Positions 30,073 to 42,344 of a stretch of 64,000 bases of DNA are shown piece by piece. The DNA is from Octopus vulgaris. Taxonomy: Eukaryota. The stretch covers positions 33,046,001 to 33,110,000 of the forward strand of contig OX597821.1 in the NCBI GenBank assembly GCA_951406725.2, written 5' to 3'. Both the position numbers and the translations under genes were made by a program. Numbering within the stretch: the stretch's first letter is position 1; each line of letters opens with the position of its first letter. Below the pieces are notes generated by a model. That model saw nothing but the letters and a program-made list of their open reading frames with translations, searched no databases and was not told where the DNA came from.

Positions 30073-30218
30073 AGCACATCTGTGGGCCAGCACACCTGTG
30101 GGCCAGCACACCTGTGGGCCAGCACACCTGTGGGCCAGCACACCTGTGGGCCAGCACACCTGTGGGCCAGCACACCTGTGGGCCAGCACACCTGTGGGCC
30201 AGCACACCTGTGGGCCAG
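30073..30218. repeat. 16-bp minisatellite AGCACACCTGTGGGCC x9
   Basis: Nine head-to-tail copies, no spacers. Confidence 0.95.
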
Positions 30219-31321
30219 AGGATGGACTGTGATGGTGAATGTAACAACACTGCCTTTACCAACTGACATAGCAAATGACAAAAAAAGAGCATAACTTCAG
30301 TAGATCCAGATTTACAAAAGCTGTACTAACAGTCGTTGATGAGGTGGGATAGAGATTTAAAGTGATACAAGAGTTTGCTATTAATGGCTGTCTCTAATAC
30401 TTTTGAAATGCTGGGAATGAGCTGGGAAAAATCAGAAAATTCAGAAATCCAGGACATGTATGGTCCCAAGCTTGCCAGATACTTCATTTGAATATAAATG
30501 AATACTCTGTGTGTATGTGTGTAGATATAGATATACAAATGAGCATGACAGGACTCTGTGATAGAAGAGGATGCCATGTTTGGATACAGGACACACTTTT
30601 CTGGATTTATAAAAACCAGGATGACTCAGTGGTTAGAGCATCAAGCTCACAATTATGAGGTGGTGAGTTCAATTCCCAGACCTGGATGTGTGTTGTGTTC
30701 TTGAGCAACACAGCTCCAGTTCACTCAGCTGTAGAAATGTGTAGTGACATCACTGTGGCCAAGCCTTTGCCTTTCTCTTGGATAACATCGGTGACATGGA
30801 GACGGGAGGCTGGTATGCATGGGCAACTGTTGGTCTTCCATAAACAATCTTGCCCAGACTTGTGCCTTGGAGGGGAACTTTCTAGGTGCCATCCTACAGT
30901 CATTCATGATTGATGGGGGTCTTTACCCAAAAGATCAGAAAATACCACAGTAGAGAGGATGAGATCAAATAATTGCAAAGTGAACTTTCTAACCATTTGG
31001 CCTTGTTTGCACTTACAATACATTACTGTACATATGTAGACATAACTACAAACACACACACCACCTTCATCATCATAAAAATATAAATAGCTACCATCTT
31101 AAATACAAATGATAAACATACACATACATTACACAGTACACACACACAGAAACATACACATACATTACACACAGTACACACACAAGAAACATACAATTTA
31201 CACACTGTAACAACGCATACAGATACATCATAGGCAATACATACACAAAACAGACATCCTTATACAAATATACACAGTCACACATCATACAGTATTTTCA
31301 ATACAAACATTCATACAGAAG

Positions 31322-31565
31322 TATACACTTAGATAATAATACACTTAGATAATAATACACATAGATACACTTAGATAATAATACACTTACATAATAATAC
31401 ACTTAGATAATAATACACATATACACTTATATAATAATACACATAGATACACTTATATAATAATACACTTACATAATAATACACTTAGATAATAATACAC
31501 ATATACACTTATATAATAATACACATAGATACACTTGTATAATAATACACTTAGATAATAATACA
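31322..31565. repeat. AT-rich minisatellite (ATACACTTAGATAATA-like) abutting the TACO1 exon 4 donor
   Basis: Degenerate tandem copies directly visible. Confidence 0.9.
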
Positions 31566-31572
31566 AACATAC

Positions 31573-31741
31573 TTTTAGATAAGGTGATCCATCTTCTTCG
31601 GATTCCTGAAATACATCTTCAGCATCCACTTCAATAGCCAAATCTAAAGCATTAGCCAGATCAAAGCCTTCTGTCGGGGTCACATGGATGACTCCTTTCT
31701 TCTCAAACATACCCTCACTACATCGTGGTTCAAGTTTCACT
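31573..31741 (-). CDS. TACO1: TACO1 exon 4
   Basis: ttgtcag|A GTG...AAA|gtatgt, 169 nt, phase 2-0. Encodes ...GMFEKKGVIHV...ALDLAIEVDAEDV...YLK (YebC FxKKG and AIExxAEDV motifs). Confidence 0.95.
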
Positions 31742-32084
31742 CTGACAAATAAGATAGAAAATAAACAGAAATAAATTACAGGTGTATTACCAATTAAACG
31801 AGTTTGTGTTGATAATGATAATTATTACTTATTTACAATAGGTTTGCTGAATCAGGGCTGACCAAGGGTTCAGCTATAATTATTTACATCTTGGAGGGGA
31901 GTGGGATATCAATGTGGTCAGATGGCCACAGAGATATCAGAAATAAACGAAGGTCTGTTCAGTCAAAGCTGATCTGGGGTTAGACAATGACTGTAAGCCA
32001 AATGTGTTGGCTATGAATTTAATATAGTGCTAATAGTATAACTTGAAACCCTGACAACACATCTTATCATTCTGCTCTCCTTAA

Positions 32085-32304
32085 CCCTTTCATTACTATA
32101 TTTATTTTGAGATGCTCTGTGTTTCTTCCAATTATTTTAAATATAACAAAGAATTTAGTAAAATAATATCGTTATCATTGAGCTAGTGTTAGGAACATAA
32201 ATTGTGACTAAGATTTGGTGGAAGATTTGAATTCAAAACTTATGAAAACAAGACATTTGTACTCAGAGCCAGAGCCAGTTTCAGCCGGGTTGGTAACAAA
32301 AGGG
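32085..32304. mobile_element. piggyBac-type MITE (family 1)
   Basis: TTAA|CCCTTT...AAAGGG|TTAA. Confidence 0.8.
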
Positions 32305-32770
32305 TTAATACAGTAATATTAAAGAGATTATAAACAAAGTTTCTGTAAAGGAGTTAAGACATACAACAGCTCGAATAGTACACTTTAATCCATTGACCCT
32401 CTTTGTTATAAAGTAAGACAAATAATACTGTACTCAGAATATAACTTTATAAAACAAATGAACTAATTTGAACAATTTGAGACTGAAGTGTGAAGTGGCG
32501 AATTGTAACTACAATTTTTCTACAATGCAAAATGAATTATCTGTATCACAGTAAGTGTGCTAAGATGAAAAAAGAAGGGTCAATTCACAACAATGAGTTG
32601 ATGTATATCTACATCACCAGGTAGAGTCCATAATGTGTTTTTTCTCCAGACGAATTGATGTAAGCGTAAATAATCAACATCACATGATCGAAACACGACC
32701 ACAGACTGGATGACAATAACAATGTTTTGTGCTGAGACAACTGGGGTTATCTCCCTCTTAATCCTTTACC

Positions 32771-32976
32771 TATTTCTTTACTACCCACAAGGGGCTAAAC
32801 ACAGAGGGGACAAACAAGGACAGACAAACGGATTAAGTCGATTACATCGACCCCAGTGCGTAACTGGTACTTAATTTATCGACCCTGAAAGGATGAAAGG
32901 CAAAGTCAACCTCAGCGGAATTTGAACTCAGAACGTAACGGCAGACAAAATACCGCTAAGCATTTCGCCCGGTGTG
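32771..32976 (-). mobile_element. SINE family C, 5'-truncated
   Basis: 20-bp TSD ctccctcttaatcctttacc. Confidence 0.85.
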
Positions 32977-33241
32977 CTCCCTCTTAATCCTTTACCGATT
33001 AATTGAAGCCCTAAGGCAATGCTAACTTCATTTCTAAGACTATTGCAAAAGCCACAAAGTTTAGCTAGTCATACCTGGGACCACATACCATCAAGTGGAG
33101 CATTGTGGAACAATCCACATCATAGGTTAATGGATCAAAAAGAAGCTAGCTTTGGTTAGCCAATAGATCTCAGATCCTTTTTAGATCTAAGCACTCTACA
33201 GATGAACTAAATTCCAGATTTGCTATGGTTATTAAACTTAA

Positions 33242-33462
33242 CCCTTTTGTTACTGCATTTATTTTGAGATGCTCTGTGTTTCTTTAAATTATTTTAAATA
33301 TAACAATGAATTTAGTAAAATAACTTACTTATCATTAAGCTAGTGTTAGGAACATAAATTGCAACTAAGGTTCGGTGGTATATTTTAATGAAAAACTAAT
33401 GAAAACAAGACATTTATACTACAGAGCCAGAGCCGGTTTTGGCCGGGTTGGTAGCGAAATGG
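33242..33462. mobile_element. piggyBac-type MITE (family 1)
   Basis: TTAA flanks; body shared with 32085-32304. Confidence 0.8.
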
Positions 33463-35040
33463 TTAAACATATGGGCAACTTCCTTTTGTTAAACTGAAAG
33501 GCATCACCCACTCTGGATTAAGCATGCAGTCTCCCAAACTTGGACCTTTTCCCCGTTGAATTAATTTACACCAACTACATTAATTCCAATTTAAAGGGCC
33601 AAAGAGATACAACGCTTAATTTTCTTTTCTCTTTTTTCTCATTCCACTTTTTTACTTTCTTCTCCATTTTTGTTTTCTCAAAGACCAGCATCCTTACAAG
33701 TTTTTTTTTCAAAAAAGACTAGATTTGTACATTTGAATCTGGAAGATTGTTTGGAAACACAGCGCACTATACAAGCTGGTGTGACCATCATGTTTTCACA
33801 GCATGAAACTAGTAGTATAATTTTATATATACATATACATATACATATAATCATCATCATTTAATATCCACTTTCTATGCAGGCATGGGTTGGACAGTTT
33901 GACAGAAGCTGGCCTGGTAGAAGACTACCCAAGGCTACTGTGTCTGTTTTGGCAGGATTTTTGCAGCTGGATGCCCTTCCTATCACCAACCACTCCACAG
34001 AGTGAAATGAGTGCTTTTTTGTGGCACCAGGATAGGTGAGGTCAGTTTTGGCATAGTTTCTACAGCTAGATGCCCTTCCAAATGCCAAACACTTTACAGT
34101 GTGGACCAGATGCTTTTTAAGTGGCACCAGCACCAGTAGGGTCACAAGTAACTTGCAAGACAGGGAATTTTGAGAAGAGAGGGGGTATTGGAAAAGGGGA
34201 TCTTGTGTCAGATGACTACTTATCCAGCTACCAGGAGTACTGTGCAATCATCATCGTCACCACTTAATGTCTGTTTTCCATACTGGCATGGGTTACAATT
34301 ATATATACTGAACCCTGTATTGAGTAAACAGATTCTGTTTTTGAAGTTGGTTAATTTGCACATTGTATGTTAACAAAACAGTTTTTTTCTTTCCTTTGTA
34401 CCTATATTTGTTAAACAAATCATGTTCTTCAACTTACTTCATATAATTTTCATCCTACAAACCATTATACTCTATACATGATACAGTGGAGGCACATGGC
34501 CTAGTGGTTAGAGCAGTGGACTTGCGTTCTAGGGATCGCGGGTTCGAATCTCAGACAGGGCGAAGTGTGTGTTTATGAGCGAAACACCTAAGCTCCACAT
34601 GGCTCTGGCAGAAGGTAATGGCAAAACTTCTGCTGACTCTTTCACCACAACTTTCTCTCACTCTTTCCTCCTACGACGGACTGGCGTCCCATCCAAGTGG
34701 GGAACCTATACGCCAAGAAACCGGGAAACCGGCCCTTATGAGCCAGGCATGGCTCGAGAAGGTACAAGGTATACATGATACAGTATGATATGTTTTTAAG
34801 GATTTTAAATGGATTAATACATATCAAACAGAAGCTGCTTTAGAAGTGTGTTAATTTGAATTAGTTAAATACAATTTAGTTCTTTAATTTTCATAGTTTA
34901 TTTTATATTTTAAGCATATATTTAGACTGTGTCCAGAAAATTCAGAAATCCAGGACATTTATGGCCCCAAGCTTGACATATACTTCATTTGAATATAAAT
35001 GAATACTCTGTGTGTATGTGTGTAGATATAGATATACAAA

Positions 35041-37298
35041 ACAACAGACAGACCATCATAGGTGTATGGGATATATATGTGAAGTTATATCGAGTAAAAT
35101 TATGCAACAGTTCATGTAAATATAGTTCATATGCCTAGACGTTTCCTTAGATCTAAATAAGAATATCTATAAGCCTTATAGGAAGCCCAATGATAGACTT
35201 AGTTATATTAATGTAGGTTCATGCCATCTCCCTATAGTATTCAAAAATTTAGTTTAAAATATTAGTAAGAGAATATCTAGCCTCTCCTCCAATAAGGACA
35301 TTTTTAATAGCGTTGCCCCAGTTTATAATAAGGCTTTAAAAGATAGTAGTTTTAGTGAAAAAATAAAATATACACCTGTTACTAGCCCAACAGTAAAGAA
35401 GAGGAAAAATAGAAATAGGAAGATCATCTGGTTTACACCCTTACTCACCCGAGGTGACCTTCAATATAGGTAAATATTTCTTAACACTGATAGACATTTT
35501 CCAGTTAACCATACTTATAGGAAACTCTTCAATAAACACAATTTAAAAATTAGTTTTAGTTCAACTACCAATTTTAAAAATATAATCACACATAACGCAA
35601 AAAAACCACAAGAAAACAGCTGTTCATGCAGGAATAAAAAATTGTGCCTGCTAAATGGAGCTTGCATGTCCGAGACCATCATCTATGAAGCTACCGTGGA
35701 CTCTATAACCACTAAAGACACCGTTTCGACGAAGAAATACGTGGGCCTTACAGAGTGTTTTTCAAGGCCAGGTTCAATAACCACACCTTGAGTTTTAGGC
35801 ACTGGAACAAAAGAAAAGCGACAAAATTATCTAATCATATTTGGTCTTTAAAAGATAAAGGTGTCGATTATAACATCCATTGGAAGATTTTGGCCAAATG
35901 TAAGCCCTACACCAATGGCAGCGGAAAGTGCGGTCTATGTGACATGGAGAGATGGCTTATCTGGAAAAGCAGCTTAGACCCTACTACATATCTAAACTCA
36001 AAGACAGAACTTTTCGGATCATGCCCACATGTGACAAAATTTTTGTTACATTTTTGGTCCCCTAAAGAAAACAGATAGAACTTGCTTTCCATATTATGTC
36101 TCAAAAAGTTTTTTTTATCTCATTATACCTTTTATTATTTCATATATTTTTATATTTTCACACATAATAATTTTTATCCTGCATTTTTTCCTGTGCCTAT
36201 ATAGACGAGTATACAGACTCATTTGTACACGTGTGTGAATATGTATGAGTGGGCAGTTTTAGATGTGTGCGTGTGTGCGGGCATAAGAATGCATATATAT
36301 ATATAGACATTTTTACTTAGTATTTTTCCATTTTTTTAGGGGTTTTTTAGGGGGGGGCATATGTATATTCATTTTTCGTATATGCGTGTGTGTATGCGTA
36401 TACAAACATGTGCGGGTATGTACATATATGGGCGTGTGTGTGTATGAGTGCATGTCCATATATGAACGTGGTTTTTATGCTTTGTATACTTCCTTATGTT
36501 TTTTTCTGTTACTTTTAACCATGTTTTTTCTTGTGCTTGTGCATATATAGACGTATGTATGAACTTTTACAGTACGAATGTGTGTATGTATGAGTTTGTA
36601 TATATATGCGTATACATTTGGCGAAAAATGCTAGTGAAGATGTGTACGTTTTCATAGTGACGTATAAGTACGCACGTGGGTCCGCGAGCGCACATGTGAG
36701 CATATGACTAGCCATGTTTACGTGTTTACTATGAAATTTTAATCTTATTTTATATAAGTAGCAGAATTATTACACAGTAATTTCCCTTTATATAACGGTA
36801 TTTTTTCATAGTGTTTTTTCAGCTGGCCAGATAACCAAAGAGATGGTGTTGTGGTTTTCCACTTCGGCATCTGAAACTCAGAGTTTTATCTTGACTATTG
36901 AGTAATTGTAACATATTATTTTATAGATATATATATACATTAACTACTGCAGTGAATTGTTTATGCGGTATTTATTTCCGGAAATTTGGCGCACTGGCCG
37001 AGGGCATTAACTATGAATGTAATAGGCCACACTGATCGCATTTTTGGCCTCGTGTTAATATATGGTGTGCAGTTCAACAAATTATATTCTTGACAGACTC
37101 TACTGACGATCTGCAAATTAACTGTGTAAGTAAAATTGCATAATTTGTTAACAGTGAAACAATTGTATGGGGTTAATCTATATTTTTGTTATTTTCCATT
37201 TGTCCTGCCCACTTACGTTCATGGTGTGCTAAATTATTTCTTGAGAACAACTTTTAGTGGCTAGCGTAAGGGAGTTCACTTTTAGTGGATTCCCTCTC
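35041..37298 (+). mobile_element. 5'-truncated, decayed Penelope-like retroelement (RT C-terminus, GIY-YIG endonuclease, long 3' region with HHR)
   Basis: Frameshifted translation DLNKNIYKPYRKPND..YINVGSCH, RKIIWFTP, CSCRNKKLCLLNGAC, IIYEATV...YVGLTECFFKARFNNH...CGLCDME..LN..EL..CPH (ORF 35755-36078), the PLE RT-thumb/Cys-linker/GIY-YIG order; ends at a (TA)n tract. Confidence 0.88.
37096..37174 (+). ncRNA. Minimal type I hammerhead ribozyme in PLE 3' region
   Basis: GACUCUA-CUGACGA-UCUG...CAGU-GAAA-C-AAUU-GUA^-UGGGGUU. Stem I with G:U pairs; first stem II position mismatched. Confidence 0.75.
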
Positions 37299-37299
37299 A

Positions 37300-37334
<35 letters not shown>

Positions 37335-37392
37335 ACATATACACACACACACACACACACACACTCTATATAACACACACACATATATATAT

Positions 37393-37439
<47 letters not shown>

Positions 37440-37524
37440 CATACATTTATATACATATACATACATACATCTATATACATTTATATACGTACATACATTT
37501 ATATACATTCATACATTTATATAC

Positions 37525-37565
<41 letters not shown>

Positions 37566-37670
37566 TGTATGTATAGATATATAAACCACAAAAATACATG
37601 TTTCCCATGAAAGTCAGTACGATTGTTAGCTCACACGGACAGGGCAAATAAAAATAACAAATACAGATTA

Positions 37671-37751
37671 TTTTGGGACAATTGTTTCGCTATTAATGAA
37701 TTAAATGTAAATTTACTTACAATAAAATCCACTTGTAGCTTTCAGCCAAAA
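37671..37751 (-). ncRNA. Hammerhead motif with 1-nt core deletion (probably inactive)
   Basis: tgtagctttcagcc instead of tgtagctcttcagcc, i.e. CUGAAAGC in place of CUGAAGAGC. Confidence 0.7.
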
Positions 37752-38201
37752 CTATCTGGATGAAATCCACTCAATCACACGCCAGATTTTACCATAACGA
37801 TAAATACGCGTGTGGTTCAATTGATTACATCCGACGTTATAATTCAAATGCCCCAACTAACAGCGCGCCAAATTTTCACGGAAAACAAATACAGCATTTA
37901 GAAATAAATGCAGCATAATTATAATTAATTAATAAGGGTGAGAGAATTAGATACTAATTTAATAGTATATCTATTCTACACCAAGTGGCCTAGTGCTCCG
38001 AGAAACCTGGATTATTATAATATTTTATAATATATTATAATATTTTTACAAAATAAATATAAGAGAGTGGTCACTATATGGCTCACTCTAGCACCAGTTA
38101 ATCCAAAAGGTTTCAACCACAAAAATACATGTTTCCCATGAAAGTCAGTACGATTGTTAGCTCACACGGACAGGGCAAATAAAAATAACAAATACAGATT
38201 A

Positions 38202-38283
38202 TTTTGGGACAATTGTTTCGCTATTAATGAATTAAATGTAAATTTACTTACAATAAAATCCACTTGTAGCTCTTCAGCCAAAA
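38202..38283 (-). ncRNA. Minimal type I hammerhead ribozyme (array, minus-strand intact copy)
   Basis: Reverse complement of the array HHR with intact CUGAAGA/GAAA core. Confidence 0.88.
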
Positions 38284-39135
38284 CTATCTGGATGAAATCC
38301 ACTCAATCACACGCCAGATTTTACCATAACGATAAATACGCGTGTGGTTCAATTGATTACATCCGACGTTATAATTCAAATGCCCCAACTAACAGCGCGC
38401 CAAATTTTCACGGAAAACAAATACAGCATTTAGAAATAAATGCAGCATAATTATAATTAATTAATAAGGGTGAGAGAATTAGATACTAATTTAATAGTAT
38501 ATCTATTCTACACCAAGTGGCCTAGTGCTCCGAGAAACCTGGATTATTATAATATTTTATAATATATTATAATATTTTTACAAAATAAATATAAGAGAGT
38601 GGTCACTATATGGCTCACTCTAGCACCAGTTAATCCAAAAGGTTTCAACCACAAAAATACATGTTTCCCATGAAAGTCAGTACGATTGTTAGCTCACACG
38701 GACAGGGCAAATAAAAAATAACAAATACAGATTATTTTGGGACAATTCATGGGAAACATGTATTTTTGTGGTTGAAACCTTTTGGATTAACTGGTGCTAG
38801 AGTGAGCCATATAGTGACCACTCTTTATATTTATTTTGTAAAAATATTATAATATATTATAAAATATTATAATAATCCAGGTTTCTCGGAGCACTAGGCC
38901 ACTTGGTGTAGAATAGATATACTATTAAATTAGTATCTAATTCTCTCACCCTTATTAATTAATTATAATTATGCTGCATTTATTTCTAAATGCTGTATTT
39001 GTTTTCCGTGAAAATTTGGCGCGCTGTTAGTTGGGGCATTTGAATTATAACGTCGGATGTAATCAATTGAACCACACGCGTATTTATCGTTATGGTAAAA
39101 TCTGGCGTGTGATTGAGTGGATTTCATCCAGATAG

Positions 39136-39217
39136 TTTTGGCTGAAGAGCTACAAGTGGATTTTATTGTAAGTAAAATTACATTTAATTCATTAATAGCG
39201 AAACAATTGTCCCAAAA
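39136..39217 (+). ncRNA. Minimal type I hammerhead ribozyme (array copy 1)
   Basis: UUUUGG-CUGAAGA-GCUA...UAGC-GAAA-C-AAUU-GUC^-CCAAAA. Stem I 6+ bp, stem II 4 bp, stem III 2 bp with palindromic loop; predicted cut after 39211. Confidence 0.9.
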
Positions 39218-39668
39218 TAATCTGTATTTGTTATTTTTTATTTGCCCTGTCCGTGTGAGCTAACAATCGTACTGACTTTCATGGGAAACATGTATTTTTG
39301 TGGTTGAAACCTTTTGGATTAACTGGTGCTAGAGTGAGCCATATAGTGACCACTCTCTTATATTTATTTTGTAAAAATATTATAATATATTATAAAATAT
39401 TATAATAATCCAGGTTTCTCGGAGCACTAGGCCACTTGGTGTAGAATAGATATACTATTAAATTAGTATCTAATTCTCTCACCCTTATTAATTAATTATA
39501 ATTATGCTGCATTTATTTCTAAATGCTGTATTTGTTTTCCGTGAAAATTTGGCGCGCTGTTAGTTGGGGCATTTGAATTATAACGTCGGATGTAATCAAT
39601 TGAACCACACGCGTATTTATCGTTATGGTAAAATCTGGCGTGTGATTGAGTGGATTTCATCCAGATAG

Positions 39669-39750
39669 TTTTGGCTGAAGAGCTACAAGTGGATTTTATT
39701 GTAAGTAAATTTACATTTAATTCATTAATAGCGAAACAATTGTCCCAAAA
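39669..39750 (+). ncRNA. Minimal type I hammerhead ribozyme (array copy 2)
   Basis: Same core and stems as 39136-39217, 533 bp downstream. Confidence 0.9.
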
Positions 39751-40201
39751 TAATCTGTATTTGTTATTTTTTATTTGCCCTGTCCGTGTGAGCTAACAAT
39801 CGTACTGACTTTCATGGGAAACATGTATTTTTGTGGTTGAAACCTTTTGGATTAACTGGTGCTAGAGTGAGCCATATAGTGACCACTCTCTTATATTTAT
39901 TTTGTAAAAATATTATAATATATTATAAAATATTATAATAATCCAGGTTTCTCGGAGCACTAGGCCACTTGGTGTAGAATAGATATACTATTAAATTAGT
40001 ATCTAATTCTCTCACCCTTATTAATTAATTATAATTATGCTGCATTTATTTCTAAATGCTGTATTTGTTTTCCGTGAAAATTTGGCGCGCTGTTAGTTGG
40101 GGCATTTGAATTATAACGTCGGATGTAATCAATTGAACCACACGCGTATTTATCGTTATGGTAAAATCTGGCGTGTGATTGAGTGGATTTCATCCAGATA
40201 G

Positions 40202-40283
40202 TTTTGGCTGAAGAGCTACAAGTGGATTTTATTGTAAGTAAATTTACATTTAATTCATTAATAGCGAAACAATTGTCCCAAAA
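40202..40283 (+). ncRNA. Minimal type I hammerhead ribozyme (array copy 3)
   Basis: Same core and stems as 39136-39217. Confidence 0.9.
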
Positions 40284-40734
40284 TAATCTGTATTTGTTAT
40301 TTTTTATTTGCCCTGTCCGTGTGAGCTAACAATCGTACTGACTTTCATGGGAAACATGTATTTTTGTGGTTGAAACCTTTTGGATTAACTGGTGCTAGAG
40401 TGAGCCATATAGTGACCACTCTCTTATATTTATTTTGTAAAAATATTATAATATATTATAAAATATTATAATAATCCAGGTTTCTCGGAGCACTAGGCCA
40501 CTTGGTGTAGAATAGATATACTATTAAATTAGTATCTAATTCTCTCACCCTTATTAATTAATTATAATTATGCTGCATTTATTTCTAAATGCTGTATTTG
40601 TTTTCCGTGAAAATTTGGCGCGCTGTTAGTTGGGGCATTTGAATTATAACGTCGGATGTAATCAATTGAACCACACGCGTATTTATCGTTATGGTAAAAT
40701 CTGGCGTGTGATTGAGTGGATTTCATCCAGATAG

Positions 40735-40816
40735 TTTTGGCTGAAGAGCTACAAGTGGATTTTATTGTAAGTAAATTTACATTTAATTCATTAATAGCGA
40801 AACAATTGTCCCAAAA
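40735..40816 (+). ncRNA. Minimal type I hammerhead ribozyme (array copy 4)
   Basis: Same core and stems as 39136-39217. Confidence 0.9.
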
Positions 40817-40959
40817 TAATCTGTATTTGTTATTTTTTATTTGCCCTGTCCGTGTGAGCTAACAATCGTACTGACTTTCATGGGAAACATGTATTTTTGT
40901 GGTTGAAACCTTTTGGATTAACTGGTGCTAGAGTGAGCCATATAGTGACCACTCTCTTA

Positions 40960-41004
<45 letters not shown>

Positions 41005-41013
41005 ATACATACA

Positions 41014-41054
<41 letters not shown>

Positions 41055-41460
41055 GTGTTTTGCACAAGACTTTCGTATTGTCTATGTAGTTAGCAAGAGT
41101 GGCTATCCGAGCAGCTGAGGATATATCTGAGAAGGCCACTATGAAAAGCAGTGGTCCCAAGACAGTGCCCTTTGGAACACCACTCACTATTTGTGTTTTT
41201 TTTTGAGGTGGTTCCATTGGCCACTACTGCCTAACTTCCATCTTTCAGAAAGTCACGTAACCACTCCCCAAGTTTTCCAGCTCTGCCAAGATCACGCAGT
41301 TTGTGGCATATCATTCCATGGTTCAACTTTATCAAAAGCTTTTGCAAAGTCAAGGTATGTTACGTCTACATTTGAGTTGTTGATTAACTACCTCAACACC
41401 CAGTCATAGTGCTGTAGGAGCTAGATCAGGCAGTTCCTACCTGGTTGAAAACCATGCTGG
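41055..41460 (-). mobile_element. Decayed non-LTR RT-domain fragment (CR1-like)
   Basis: DFAKAFDKV and VSGVPKGTVLGPLLF...YIDNTK motifs. Confidence 0.75.
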
Positions 41461-41630
41461 ATATCATTCAGCAAGTCGTGTGGCAGTCAGGTAAGAAGCT
41501 TGCTTCCCAACAACATGGTACCGGGTTCAGTTCCACTGTGTGGCATCTTGGGCAAGTGTCTTCTACTATAACCTCGGGCCAACCAAAGCCTTGTGAGTGG
41601 GTTTGGTACACAGAAACTGAAAGAAGCATG

Positions 41631-41674
<44 letters not shown>

Positions 41675-42344
41675 GGAGTTGAACAAAGATGTTATTAAAA
41701 TTCTTTTACTTTCGACATGTTTCAAAGACAACATGGTTTTATTCCAATTCAAAACATATGTCGAAAGTAAAAGAATTTTAATAACATCTTCGTTCAACTC
41801 CATTTATTTATTTATTTATAATACACAAATTACTGCACATTAACCCGGAGTTTCTACCTTTGAATAGGTCGCTTCAACCGTGTTACTGGTGTGAATTTTG
41901 CTACCCTGGTAACTGTTTATTGAATTTTCCATGTTAACGGTAAACAAAGGATAATTCATTCATCAATTTATATATATATATATATATATATATTTGTGTG
42001 TGTCTGTGTTTGTCCCCCACACCATCGCTTGACAACCAATGTTGGTGTGTTTACGTTCCCGTAACTTAGCGGTTTGGCAAAAGAGACTAATAGAATAAGT
42101 CCTGAGGTCGATCTGTTCAACTAACGGCAGTGCTCCAGCATGGCTGCAGTCAAATGACTGAGCAACACTTCATCTGTCGTCACAGTCTGAGTTCAATTTC
42201 ACCACGACCAACTTTACCATTCATACATTCAGGGTCGATAAAATAAGTACCAGTTGAGTACGGAGGTTGATCTAATCAACTTACCCACTCTCCCAAATTT
42301 GCTGGCCTTGTGCCAAAATCTGAAACCAACATCATTATTATTAA

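Larger units (their letters stand above)
37584..40968. repeat. 533-bp HHR-bearing tandem array with internal inversion (retrozyme-like)
   Basis: Unit starts at 37584, 38115 and 38647 in one orientation, then inverted copies with landmarks at 38748, 39280, 39813, 40346 and 40879 (period 532-533). Units are nearly identical; (TA)n on both sides. Confidence 0.95.

Noticed and set aside
30073-30218. CRISPR-like repeat array
   Set aside because: Contiguous 16-bp units with no spacers, no cas genes, eukaryotic intron.
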